The notes below the pieces were generated by a model, which was not told where the DNA came from, searched no databases, and saw only the letters and a program-made list of their open reading frames with translations. 64,000 nucleotides of DNA. Origin: Elusimicrobiota bacterium (lineage in GTDB: Bacteria > Elusimicrobiota > Elusimicrobia > 2-01-FULL-59-12). The stretch is from positions 182,765 through 246,764 of the forward strand of contig JBAZWU010000001.1 in NCBI GenBank assembly GCA_041660185.1, read 5' to 3'. This document shows, in pieces, positions 19,883 through 28,819 of the stretch. The stretch's first letter is position 1. The number at the start of each line of letters is the position of its first letter. A program made the translations under genes and the position numbers.

Positions 19883-21516
19883 TACGGTACTTTTTCCATC
19901 AGCGTGATCGTTGGAAAGGGATAACGCCAATCATGCGGATAACGAAGATCTTTTCCATACAGGTCTATGGGACCAAGACGAACACGTTTACCGAATGTCG
20001 CGACGGTGCGGTAAGCCGCCGGGTTAAATACCTCCGCTAGAAATTGGCCGGCTGGCAACAGACGATAAGCGGACGGATTCAGCCGGTAAACCCCCGTGAA
20101 ATAATCATTCGCCACCAGGTAATCGGGTTGCGTGAGCTGCAGTTGTTGGAGGGATTCATCCAGCGGATAAATTTTGAAAGCCGGTTGATCCGGGTTCTTG
20201 CCGGAAGTCTGCGGATGAAAATACGGCATCTGAAAAATCGTGGGATCCCATAAGTAGGGTTTTTGGGTGAATCCGACTCGGGCGTTCGGTGGCCAATGCT
20301 CGGCGATCCAATCCGAGGATGTATCCCTGACGTCGGGTGTCGACATGGCATAAACATAGCATGCCGAGTACACCGTTGTTCCGAGCAGAACAACCGCCAG
20401 GATGGTTTTTCGTCCGCGGATCGTGCTCAGCCACTCCGCTGTCCAAAGAAACATGGGGATCAGCAACGGAATGATCCAGCGCATCACGCGCCAGGACGTA
20501 TTCGTGATGAGGACGAAGAAGATCACCAGCCAGGGCCACCAGATCATGTCGCCGGGATCGCGGCGGAACAAGGCTCGTGCGGTTCCGGCGAGAACCGCGA
20601 TCCATAAAGGAATTCCCAGCCCGAAATAAAAAGCCTCAAGGCCATAAAACATGAGATTCGAGGGCGGGAAAGAACCGTCCATCAGCGGGCTGAATTTCAT
20701 GAGACTCATGGTTTTCAGGTGATGCAGGAGCGCCACGAAATCATGAGGGCCCAGCACGGGGGTCGGGCAGCCGATCAAAAATCCGGCAACCGCTGTTCCC
20801 GTGAACAGAATCCAGTTCTTCCCGGGTTTGATCCCCTGATGGCGCAATACATCGGCGGTCAATGGGATCAGAAGGGCGCTGACCGCGTTGAATTTATTGG
20901 CGGTCAACAAACCGAAAACGAAGCCGGCCCATCCGAAGGCGGACAACGATCCCTTTTGGTAGATCCGTAAGCAGGCGATTCCCAACAAAATCAAATACAG
21001 GGTAAAAGCCGAATCCGTTGAAATGTAATGGGCATTCACGACATGCACTGGCGAAACGGCTAATAAGGCCGCCGCGATAAGCCCGGTCCGTGAATTCCCT
21101 GTCTTGAGGGTGCTCAGCCAGAACAGGGCGATGACCGCGGCCAAGGATTGGAGGACGCTGACCCATCGCCCGACACGGTAAATGCGGGAAAGCTCCTGCG
21201 GGTGCTCTTGATAATAGGTGCTGTCCGGGCGAATCGTCAGCCAGGGCCGGCAAACCGTCAAGGCCAGACCGATGGTATACATCTGGAGGGTTCCGCGGCA
21301 GCCGATGATCGGATCGGTCGGATAAAATTGCCGGCGGCTCCAGCTGATTTCTTTTAAGGCGTAGAACATGGATTGTTCATCGGGATGATAGGAACTACCG
21401 TGGTAATAGCGGCTTTGGTCAGGGAGTCCCCACGAAATTCCCCGAAAACGCAGGCCCAGCCCGAGCAGGAGAATCGCCAGGAGGATCCAAAGATGCCGGC
21501 GGCGAATGTCAGGCAT
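19882..21516 (-). CDS. Polytopic GT-C-fold glycosyltransferase-like protein (GT39/ArnT-like), paralogue 5
   Basis: Start at MPDIRRRHLWILLAILLLGLGLRF. First-loop motif SYHPDEQSMFYAL. Multi-pass with a C-terminal soluble domain. Confidence 0.6.
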   Translation of the reverse strand: MPDIRRRHLWILLAILLLGLGLRFRGISWGLPDQSRYYHGSSYHPDEQSMFYALKEISWSRRQFYPTDPIIGCRGTLQMYTIGLALTVCRPWLTIRPDSTYYQEHPQELSRIYRVGRWVSVLQSLAAVIALFWLSTLKTGNSRTGLIAAALLAVSPVHVVNAHYISTDSAFTLYLILLGIACLRIYQKGSLSAFGWAGFVFGLLTANKFNAVSALLIPLTADVLRHQGIKPGKNWILFTGTAVAGFLIGCPTPVLGPHDFVALLHHLKTMSLMKFSPLMDGSFPPSNLMFYGLEAFYFGLGIPLWIAVLAGTARALFRRDPGDMIWWPWLVIFFVLITNTSWRVMRWIIPLLIPMFLWTAEWLSTIRGRKTILAVVLLGTTVYSACYVYAMSTPDVRDTSSDWIAEHWPPNARVGFTQKPYLWDPTIFQMPYFHPQTSGKNPDQPAFKIYPLDESLQQLQLTQPDYLVANDYFTGVYRLNPSAYRLLPAGQFLAEVFNPAAYRTVATFGKRVRLGPIDLYGKDLRYPHDWRYPFPTITLMEKVP

Positions 21517-22555
21517 GCCTGAGGGTGACCGGCATTCCGTTCCGGCGCAGGGATTGTTGGGCGGCTTCCAGGACGCGGACCACGCGCAATCCGAATTCTC
21601 CCCCTGACCGGAGCGGGCCGCCTTGCGTAATGGCTTTGGCCCAGGCGTCGCACTGGGAATGAAGGGGCTCGACGGTATCGATCTTCGGGCTGACGACATC
21701 GCCGGAGCGGTAGGTCAGCTGGAATTCGCCGAAGGTTTCAGGATTCTTCACGACGCCTCGATGATAAACCTTGACGCGCTCGTCGCTGGCCGCGTCGTTG
21801 TACACAACCATTTTTTCCGACCCCACCAGGGAGGTCCGGCGGAGTTTCACGGGAGCCAGCCAGCTGAGATGGCTCTGGTACATGACTCCTCCGGGGAATT
21901 CCATGGTCAAATACCCCGCTTCAGCGATGCGCCGGCGGACATGAGAGGTTCCGATGGCGCGGACGCGAACAGGATCTTTCCCCAGCCATAAGAGGGCGAT
22001 CGAGACTTCATGCGGGCCCAGGTCCCAGAAGACGTCCACATCCGGCTGAAACAACCCGAGGTTGACGCGGGACGAGTCTACATAGAACAATTCTCCCAAT
22101 TCCTTGTTTAAAAGCATCTGATGGATTTTTAAGACCGGAGGACTATAGAGAAACGTATGTCCGACGGCTAGAACTCGTTTTTTCCGGCGGGCCAGCGCGA
22201 TCAGCCGGCGGGCTTCTGGAACCGAGGTGCACAGCGGTTTTTCAACCAGAACATGTTTGTCGTTCTCCAGAGCCTGCCGGACCAGCGCGTAGTGGCTTCC
22301 CACAGGGGTCGCGATGGCCACCGCCTCAATCGAACGGTCCAGCAGGATGTCGTTGAAATTGGCCGGCGTACGCAAAAGCGGGTATCGTTCGCTGATCCGT
22401 TCCAGACATTTGGGCGATTTGTCGCAGATGCTGATGAGCTCAAACGCGCGGTGTTCCGTCAAAACGCGTGCCAGGTTGGGTCCCCAATACCCATAGCCGA
22501 CGACAGCACAGGGGATGCGGCGTTGTTCGGACGATCGCTTAGTCATGAGACCCAT
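21509..22555 (-). CDS. Gfo/Idh/MocA family NAD-dependent sugar(-nucleotide) oxidoreductase (WbpB-like)
   Basis: Rossmann motif CAVVGYGYWGPNLAR. HVLVEKPL motif. Confidence 0.8.
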   Translation of the reverse strand: MGLMTKRSSEQRRIPCAVVGYGYWGPNLARVLTEHRAFELISICDKSPKCLERISERYPLLRTPANFNDILLDRSIEAVAIATPVGSHYALVRQALENDKHVLVEKPLCTSVPEARRLIALARRKKRVLAVGHTFLYSPPVLKIHQMLLNKELGELFYVDSSRVNLGLFQPDVDVFWDLGPHEVSIALLWLGKDPVRVRAIGTSHVRRRIAEAGYLTMEFPGGVMYQSHLSWLAPVKLRRTSLVGSEKMVVYNDAASDERVKVYHRGVVKNPETFGEFQLTYRSGDVVSPKIDTVEPLHSQCDAWAKAITQGGPLRSGGEFGLRVVRVLEAAQQSLRRNGMPVTLRHA

Positions 22556-24122
22556 TCTCCTTGATGTGCAGAATATCGATAGACGGCGCTAAATACCGGT
22601 AATCCCACGGCAGGGGTCTCCTCCATTGACGCCATCTCCCGAAAGGAACCGGTTTGGAGAAGGAGGCCTTCACCTCATACGTGTCAAAAAGAGCCCGAAT
22701 CCCCGCCGCCTGTTCAGGATACCATGTCGGGCTGCGCAAATACTCCCGGGTTTCGAGTTCGGAGACAACCCACCACCGGGGCAACGGTTTCAGGCTTTTG
22801 AATCGCGTTTGGCCGGTCCCCAGGGCATCTTGATCCTCGGAAGCTCTCATTACCTGAAAGGGTGAATTTCGTTGTCTCAAAATGGCCGGCGTCCAGAAAT
22901 AGCTTTTGAAGATTCCGACGGACGTTCCTTTGGGTACATGTGTCTGGAGCCATTGGCTAGCTTGTGTCCGCGGGTCAGGCGGCCGGGCCAGGGACACAAA
23001 GCCGGCCGCGAAGGCCGCCTGAGTCGCCAGGACAACGCAGACCAGCCAAGAACCCCCTCGCACTTCCGTCCAGAACCAATTCAGAGCGTAGGCGCCGGCG
23101 AGGACAATCCATGGAAGCATGGGAATGGTGTAGCCGACAAAACGCGTGGGCGGAATGGCGGCGGCCAGAAAAGACATCAGCGCCATCATCGCCACAAATC
23201 GCGCAAAATTGTCCTCTCTTTTCCGAATCAGCAAAAAGACGCCGACGAGGGAGATCAGCCAGGGGCCCCAGCCAACGGCAAAAGGGACATAATAGGAAGC
23301 CATCCGCCAGAAACCATTGCCCTGACCGATTTCCCATAAGGGGGCATTAACCGCCATGCCGCTCTGTTGCACCAGCGCGGCACGAAAAGACGGGAAATCC
23401 AGTAACGCATAGGGATTCCCAATCAGAAAAAATACCGCGCTGGCCAGAATCCCTCCCAAAAGGGATTTAAAGGAACCGTTTCCAAGCCATAGCAAGACCG
23501 GCAGAGCGAGGATAAAAATCCCTCCGGTGTATTTGGTCGCGGCGGCCAGGCCGATGAGGGCTCCCGTCACCACCAACCCGCGCGGTTCGCGTTTAGCCAG
23601 GTAGCGTTGGGCGGACGCCGCGATCAGCGCGATCCAGAAGAGAAGCAGACATTCCACTTTGATGTAGGAGTTGTAGATGATGGCCCCGGGCGCAAAAGCC
23701 AGCACGAAAGCCGCAAAGAAGGCGGTTCGTCTGCCCGCCCATCGCCGGGCCAGAACAAAAAGCACGCACAGGCTCAAGAGCCCTGCCAAAACAGAAAAGA
23801 GGCGAGCCGTCAGATACATCCGGTCCAGCATCTCCGGATGGTCCAGCAGATAATCCCGCGAGCCGGGATGAACAAAGCCTGTCACCATGGCCGCTCCCAG
23901 CAGCGCTCCGGTCATGTACGTGTGCAAGCTTCCGTAGAGCAGGCCGAGGCCCGGGTGAAGGCTATGCGTCGATTTCATGTGTTCCAGGGCCAGGAAGGTA
24001 TAGGTTTCGTCCGGGTGGTTGGAGGAAAGCGTGCCGGTCTGGCTCGGAAGTCCCCAGGGGACGCAGGCCAGCCGCAAAAGAAGCGCGATCGCGAGGAGGC
24101 CGATGAGCTCAGGGTGTTTCAT
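22539..24122 (-). CDS. Polytopic GT-C-fold glycosyltransferase-like protein (GT39/ArnT-like), paralogue 6
   Basis: First-loop SNHPDETYTFLAL motif. Multi-pass with a C-terminal soluble domain. ATGA overlap with the upstream GT2. Confidence 0.6.
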   Translation of the reverse strand: MKHPELIGLLAIALLLRLACVPWGLPSQTGTLSSNHPDETYTFLALEHMKSTHSLHPGLGLLYGSLHTYMTGALLGAAMVTGFVHPGSRDYLLDHPEMLDRMYLTARLFSVLAGLLSLCVLFVLARRWAGRRTAFFAAFVLAFAPGAIIYNSYIKVECLLLFWIALIAASAQRYLAKREPRGLVVTGALIGLAAATKYTGGIFILALPVLLWLGNGSFKSLLGGILASAVFFLIGNPYALLDFPSFRAALVQQSGMAVNAPLWEIGQGNGFWRMASYYVPFAVGWGPWLISLVGVFLLIRKREDNFARFVAMMALMSFLAAAIPPTRFVGYTIPMLPWIVLAGAYALNWFWTEVRGGSWLVCVVLATQAAFAAGFVSLARPPDPRTQASQWLQTHVPKGTSVGIFKSYFWTPAILRQRNSPFQVMRASEDQDALGTGQTRFKSLKPLPRWWVVSELETREYLRSPTWYPEQAAGIRALFDTYEVKASFSKPVPFGRWRQWRRPLPWDYRYLAPSIDILHIKENGSHD

Positions 24123-24814
24123 TGAAAAAAGAGGCGACGGACGATGTATCGAAAAATATCCCGGAATACAGGCAAGATGACCTTGAGCTTGAAAATCGTC
24201 GAGGATCCGCTTTGCCTCTCGCGGTGAGAAATCACCTGTTCGATCCAGCGGAATCCTTTCCGGTGGGTTTCGAGGAGCAACTCCGCATGGACAAACGCGC
24301 TGTCAGCGGAAAAGTGAATGGCGTTGATCAGCGACCGTTTGAATACCACAACGGTGTCTACATCATGGACTCGCGCCCGCAAGAATAAGCTGATCAGAAG
24401 ATTGTAGGTTCCCGAGAGGAGTTTCCGGAAACCGGCGTCCTGACGGTCGCGGCGCCAGCCGAGGATCAAATCAGCGGAATCGAGGGCCGGCAGGAGTTTG
24501 TCCATCTCTCCGGGAGCGATCTGCGCGTCGCCGGGAATAAAGAAAACGATCTCTTTTGTTGGTTTTTGAAAGACATCCTTGAGCGTGGCCCCAAAGCCCA
24601 TGTTGCGCTCATGATGAAAGACTTTGACGCGGGGGTTTTCGCGGGACAGCGCGTCGACGATGGTTCTCGTGCGGTCGGTGCTGCCGTCGTTAATGACAAC
24701 GACCTCGTAATCGTCCGTGCGTTTGGCCAGAACCAAGAGCGATTCCCGGATGAGGGGCTCGATGGTCTCTTGTTCATTGTAGGCCGGAATGCTGATGGAG
24801 ATGGACGCGGACAA
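24119..24814 (-). CDS. Glycosyltransferase family 2, polyprenyl-phosphate sugar synthase-like
   Basis: ISIPAYNEQETIE..VVINDGSTDRT..FIPGDAQ GT2 signature. 231 aa. Confidence 0.8.
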   Translation of the reverse strand: MSASISISIPAYNEQETIEPLIRESLLVLAKRTDDYEVVVINDGSTDRTRTIVDALSRENPRVKVFHHERNMGFGATLKDVFQKPTKEIVFFIPGDAQIAPGEMDKLLPALDSADLILGWRRDRQDAGFRKLLSGTYNLLISLFLRARVHDVDTVVVFKRSLINAIHFSADSAFVHAELLLETHRKGFRWIEQVISHRERQSGSSTIFKLKVILPVFRDIFRYIVRRLFFQ

Positions 24815-24827
24815 TGGATCCTCGCCG

Positions 24828-25454
24828 TTAACGGGTCTTCCGATTAAGAACCCGCAGGGTTTCAGCGATCTTTAAATCTTTAACCCGTTTGTGAATCCGG
24901 GCGGGATTTCCCCAGGCCACGACGCCGGCGGGCAAATCGCGGGTGACCACGCTTCCCGAGCCGATCAAGGTGCCTGCCCCGACCGTGATATAAGGGAGCA
25001 GCGTGGAATTCACGCCGACTTGGACGCCCTTCCGAAGAGTCGGCCCGCGCAGTTGTTTTCCTGACGCGGCATTCCCGGGGTATTGATCATTGGCAAAAAT
25101 GACTCCGGGGGCCAGGAAAACGTTGTCTTCCAGAATACTGTTCTGGGCGATGTAGCAGTTGCAATGGATCTTGACCCCGTGGCCGATCCGGCAGCCGTAA
25201 TCAATCGTCGAGTTGTTCCAGATTTTTACGGAATCTCCTAAGCGATTATCCTCCCGGACGATCACATGGTGGCCTGTTTCGAACTCCGATCCGATCGACG
25301 TGCCGGCATAAATAACGGATCCGGATCGAATCCGGGCTTTCCGCCCGATGGAGAGGCTGGGCCTTTTCCCTTTACGCGGAGATGGGTATCCCAGAATAAC
25401 GTCGGGATCAATGGTGTGGCCGGGATCAATTTTGACGCGTGTTTTCCGGATCAT
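24828..25454 (-). CDS. Left-handed beta-helix (hexapeptide-repeat) N-acetyltransferase (WbpD/WlbB-like)
   Basis: Tandem hexapeptide repeats ([LIV]-G-x4). FANDQYPGN motif resembling sugar-nucleotide N-acetyltransferases. Confidence 0.7.
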   Translation of the reverse strand: MIRKTRVKIDPGHTIDPDVILGYPSPRKGKRPSLSIGRKARIRSGSVIYAGTSIGSEFETGHHVIVREDNRLGDSVKIWNNSTIDYGCRIGHGVKIHCNCYIAQNSILEDNVFLAPGVIFANDQYPGNAASGKQLRGPTLRKGVQVGVNSTLLPYITVGAGTLIGSGSVVTRDLPAGVVAWGNPARIHKRVKDLKIAETLRVLNRKTR

Positions 25455-25461
25455 TTTGGGA

Positions 25462-26670
25462 TTATCGTATCATCTTTCGAGCCTCGATCGCTTCCCGATA
25501 ATAGCGGACAAACGTTTCGGTATGAGCGGACCAGGAATGGTTTTGGAGCACGAATTCGCGGCCCTTCTTGCCCAGGGTTTCCCGAAGAGAAGGGTCTTTC
25601 AACAGCCGGAGGGTTTGCCGGGCGAATTGCTCGGGTGTATCGGCGGTCAATAGATGCTCCCCATCCCGGGAATCAATCCCCGCCAGGCTCATGGGTGTGG
25701 CGACAACGGCCTTTTCCATCGCCAGCGATTCGAGGATTTTGTTCTTGATCCCTGAGCCGATGCGCATCGAGCTGACGATCACCGCGGCTTCGGCCATGGG
25801 TTCGCGTAGATCCGGGACAAAACCGGTCAGCCGGATACGCGGCTCGCTGCCGGTCAGGGCCCGCAATTCCTTCGGGGCCGCGTCGCCGACAATCCGGAAC
25901 TCCGTATCCGGGCGCTGCGCCCAGATCAGCGGAAGCACCTCTTTTGCGAAGAACATGGCGGCATCGTAATTCGGGAGAAAACTCATGATCCCCCGGAATA
26001 AGACCACGTTGGATTTCACCGGGACAGGCTGCGGTTGAAAATAATCCGTGTCAACCCCGTTGGGATTCCACTCGATGGCGGCGCCGGGGCTGCGGCCCTG
26101 AAGAACGTCCCGGTCCACCGGTGAGACGACAACCGTTTTTTCAAACCAGGGAAGTATCTTGGACTCGTAGGCTTTCATCTTGCGGGTTTGGCTGACCATA
26201 TACATGCGGAACAATCCGTTGCGTTCGGCTGAAATGTTGCGCTCGAAGAGCATGGACATGGCGTCATGAGGGAAAAAGATCTTCGGCCATTCCTTCAGTC
26301 GAGGCGCGTATTGAGCCATGCTGACAAAATCGATATGAACGATGTCCGGCTGAAATTGCCTGGCGGCTCTCTCGATGGTTTGGTGCATCCGTGCGGATTG
26401 AAATTGGTATACGGCATAAGGGTCGGGCTGGAACAGCATATTGAAGAGTCTCTTCCAGGCCTGCTTCGGCACCTTGTGTTCGACCACGTCGACCGACCGG
26501 CAGAACGGCGTGATGCGCGGAAGATACTCTTTTTCTTGAGCGGATTCCGTAAAGCAGATGAAATGGATTTCATGATGGGCCGAGAGGTGCTTGAGCAGAT
26601 GGTAAACATGCAGGCGCACGCCTTCATGCAGCGGATAGGGAAAACTGTGGGCGATAAATAAGATCTTCAT
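25462..26670 (-). CDS. Glycosyltransferase family 4
   Basis: MKILFIAHSFPYP N-terminus. C-terminal GSGIKNKILESLAMEKAVV GT4 motif. Confidence 0.8.
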   Translation of the reverse strand: MKILFIAHSFPYPLHEGVRLHVYHLLKHLSAHHEIHFICFTESAQEKEYLPRITPFCRSVDVVEHKVPKQAWKRLFNMLFQPDPYAVYQFQSARMHQTIERAARQFQPDIVHIDFVSMAQYAPRLKEWPKIFFPHDAMSMLFERNISAERNGLFRMYMVSQTRKMKAYESKILPWFEKTVVVSPVDRDVLQGRSPGAAIEWNPNGVDTDYFQPQPVPVKSNVVLFRGIMSFLPNYDAAMFFAKEVLPLIWAQRPDTEFRIVGDAAPKELRALTGSEPRIRLTGFVPDLREPMAEAAVIVSSMRIGSGIKNKILESLAMEKAVVATPMSLAGIDSRDGEHLLTADTPEQFARQTLRLLKDPSLRETLGKKGREFVLQNHSWSAHTETFVRYYREAIEARKMIR

Positions 26671-27539
26671 CGTCGAAACCGCTCCCGGATGAATACGACC
26701 GAAGTGTGGAACGCGAAAAACGGCATTAAAAAGCAGTAGACGCCCGGACCGTAGTATTTCCGGTAATAATTCAACAGACTCCGGTGCCGCAGGCGAAAAA
26801 TAGCCCAGGGTTCAACGGCTCGCGTGGTCCCGGCCACATGGTGGCGAACCCGCGCGTCGGGATAATACACCACCTGCCACCCGGCTTGCCAGGCCCGGCG
26901 GCAGTAATCGGCCTCTTCCCCGTAAAAGAGGAAATGAGCCGCATCCAGGCCGCCGATCTGTTCGTAGAGGCTCCGGCGGATCAGAAAACAGGCTCCTCCG
27001 ACGAAATCCACGGGGCGAAGGCTTTTACGGTCCCATCCCGCGTACGAGTAGTTCCGGAGGACCGGATTATTTGGAAATAAGTAATTCAGAAAGAGGTACT
27101 CAAAGAGCGCGAAGGCGATGGTTTGAAAGCGGCAGCCGCTTTCCTGGATCGATCCGTCCATGCGGAGGACCTGCGGCCCTAGGATGCCAATCTCCGGATG
27201 CTGGTCCATAAACCGGACCATGCGGTCGAGGCAGTCCGATTCATACATCACGTCATTGTTTGAAATCAGCACATACCGGCCCGTGGCCATGGCCAGGTTA
27301 CTATTCGTGCCTTGAGCGTAGTACGTGTTTTCAGAATTGATCGTGAGTTTGACCTGCGGGTAGCGGCGCTGAATCAAGGATACGCTGTTGTCGCTCGAGG
27401 CGTTATCCACCACGAAAACCTCAAACAGGCAGGACGGCGGCCGGGTGTAGATCGAGTCCAGCAATGGGCTTAAATAGATTTCGCCGTTGTAATTCACGAT
27501 GGAAATCGAGAGGTCCATGGCGTCAGGAGATCGTGTCAT
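26667..27539 (-). CDS. Glycosyltransferase family 2 (WbbL/rhamnosyltransferase-like)
   Basis: LSISIVNYNG..FVVDNASSDNS..LISNNDV signature. Start is uncertain (27557, 27539 or 27518); the 27557 ATG lies inside repeat copy C. Confidence 0.75.
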   Translation of the reverse strand: MTRSPDAMDLSISIVNYNGEIYLSPLLDSIYTRPPSCLFEVFVVDNASSDNSVSLIQRRYPQVKLTINSENTYYAQGTNSNLAMATGRYVLISNNDVMYESDCLDRMVRFMDQHPEIGILGPQVLRMDGSIQESGCRFQTIAFALFEYLFLNYLFPNNPVLRNYSYAGWDRKSLRPVDFVGGACFLIRRSLYEQIGGLDAAHFLFYGEEADYCRRAWQAGWQVVYYPDARVRHHVAGTTRAVEPWAIFRLRHRSLLNYYRKYYGPGVYCFLMPFFAFHTSVVFIRERFRR

Positions 27540-27552
27540 AACGATACATTTC

Positions 27553-27636
27553 GTCATTCCCCGCAGTCTCTGGCGGGGAATCCATCATTGTCGTTCGCAA
27601 TTCTTGGATCCCCGGCCAGCGACCGCCGGGGATGAC
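27553..27636. repeat. Nested-palindrome REP/MITE-like element, copy C
   Basis: GTCATTCCCCGC-agtctctg-GCGGGGAATCCATCATTG ... GGATCCCCGGC-cagcgacc-GCCGGGGATGAC. The second stem carries compensatory changes. Confidence 0.8.
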
Positions 27637-28819
27637 GAATTGCGACACAGTCTCCAGGTCCAGGGGACTGTTTTGTGAGGGTTCGTTCGACGATCTGGTG
27701 AATCTTCTCCTGGAATTTCTCGAGGGTGAATTCGCGCGATCGTTCCAGCAGCGTGGTTTGAACGGCGATCTGCAGGGCCTTGTCCTGCAGCAGGCGGATG
27801 ATCTTTTGCAGAGCATCATCGGGATCTTTCCAGAGGATCCGTGAATCATTCCCGAGAACTTCAGCCTGTCCCCCTCCCTCATGCGCAAAAGGGATCATTC
27901 CCCCGCTGATCATTTCGGCGATGGCGATGCCAAAGCCTTCAAAATCCCGCATATGAATCCCGTATTGGAACCGGTTCATTAAGGAGGTAATGCCCGCTCG
28001 ATTGAGCCGGCCCTCCCAGAAAATGCCTTGAGCTGGATTGGCCATCCGTTTCACGCGTTCGGCGTAAGGGCTTTTCCCGTCCCCGATCAGATGCAGATCG
28101 ACGGAGAACCCTTTCTCCCGGAGTTGGCGAATCAGCAGGACCGCCTGATCCACCTTCTTTTCCGGCAAGAGATCCCCCACGCAGAGAAAACCCGTATGCC
28201 GCTGCTCCCAGGGAGCCGGATTGTTTCCGGGCAAAACCACCGGCGGGTAAACCACCTCAGCGTCCGTTCCGGGGTAGGTTCGCTGGAATACGTCTTTGCC
28301 CCATATCGAATTGACCAGCGTCGTATTCTGGAGGATGTGATCCGGCTGGAAGTGCGAAATCTGATCGCACAAACGATAGTACAGTTTCCGCCAACCCGAT
28401 TCCTTGTATTGGGACAGGTAAAGCTGCGCGCCGAGCGTGCTGCGGGAAGGACCGTGAATGTATTGAATCCCGGGGACGCCGAAATCAAATTCGTTGTACG
28501 TGGAGATCAGAAGATCGAACCGCGGAGCCAACTGCTTGACGAATCGCTCATAGAGCGCGAGGATCAGCCTGAAAGGCCTTTGGTGGGCCTTCAGGAGCGT
28601 TAAAGAGGGGCAGTAATAGGTTGTGACCCTGGAGGGGTCGATCCGTGTGCCGTAATAGCTGTTGAGGGCGTTCCAGTCGATCGTCTGTCCCCAGGTCAGA
28701 TAAGAGAGATCAAACGATTGGTGGAGCGCATCGAGGAGCCAGGCCGCGACAAAATCCCCTCCGCCTTTGTTTTGCAGCAGATTGTGGTGAACCAGCGCGA
28801 TTTTCGGGCGCGGGCTCAA
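27554..28819 (-). CDS. Glycosyltransferase family 4 (last ~28 codons and stop encoded by repeat copy C)
   Basis: HMRDFEGFGIAIAEMISGGMIPF E-x7-E motif. The C-terminal tail IRHPRRSLAGDPRIANDNDGFPARDCGE maps onto the repeat. Confidence 0.75.
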   Translation of the reverse strand: MSPRPKIALVHHNLLQNKGGGDFVAAWLLDALHQSFDLSYLTWGQTIDWNALNSYYGTRIDPSRVTTYYCPSLTLLKAHQRPFRLILALYERFVKQLAPRFDLLISTYNEFDFGVPGIQYIHGPSRSTLGAQLYLSQYKESGWRKLYYRLCDQISHFQPDHILQNTTLVNSIWGKDVFQRTYPGTDAEVVYPPVVLPGNNPAPWEQRHTGFLCVGDLLPEKKVDQAVLLIRQLREKGFSVDLHLIGDGKSPYAERVKRMANPAQGIFWEGRLNRAGITSLMNRFQYGIHMRDFEGFGIAIAEMISGGMIPFAHEGGGQAEVLGNDSRILWKDPDDALQKIIRLLQDKALQIAVQTTLLERSREFTLEKFQEKIHQIVERTLTKQSPGPGDCVAIRHPRRSLAGDPRIANDNDGFPARDCGE

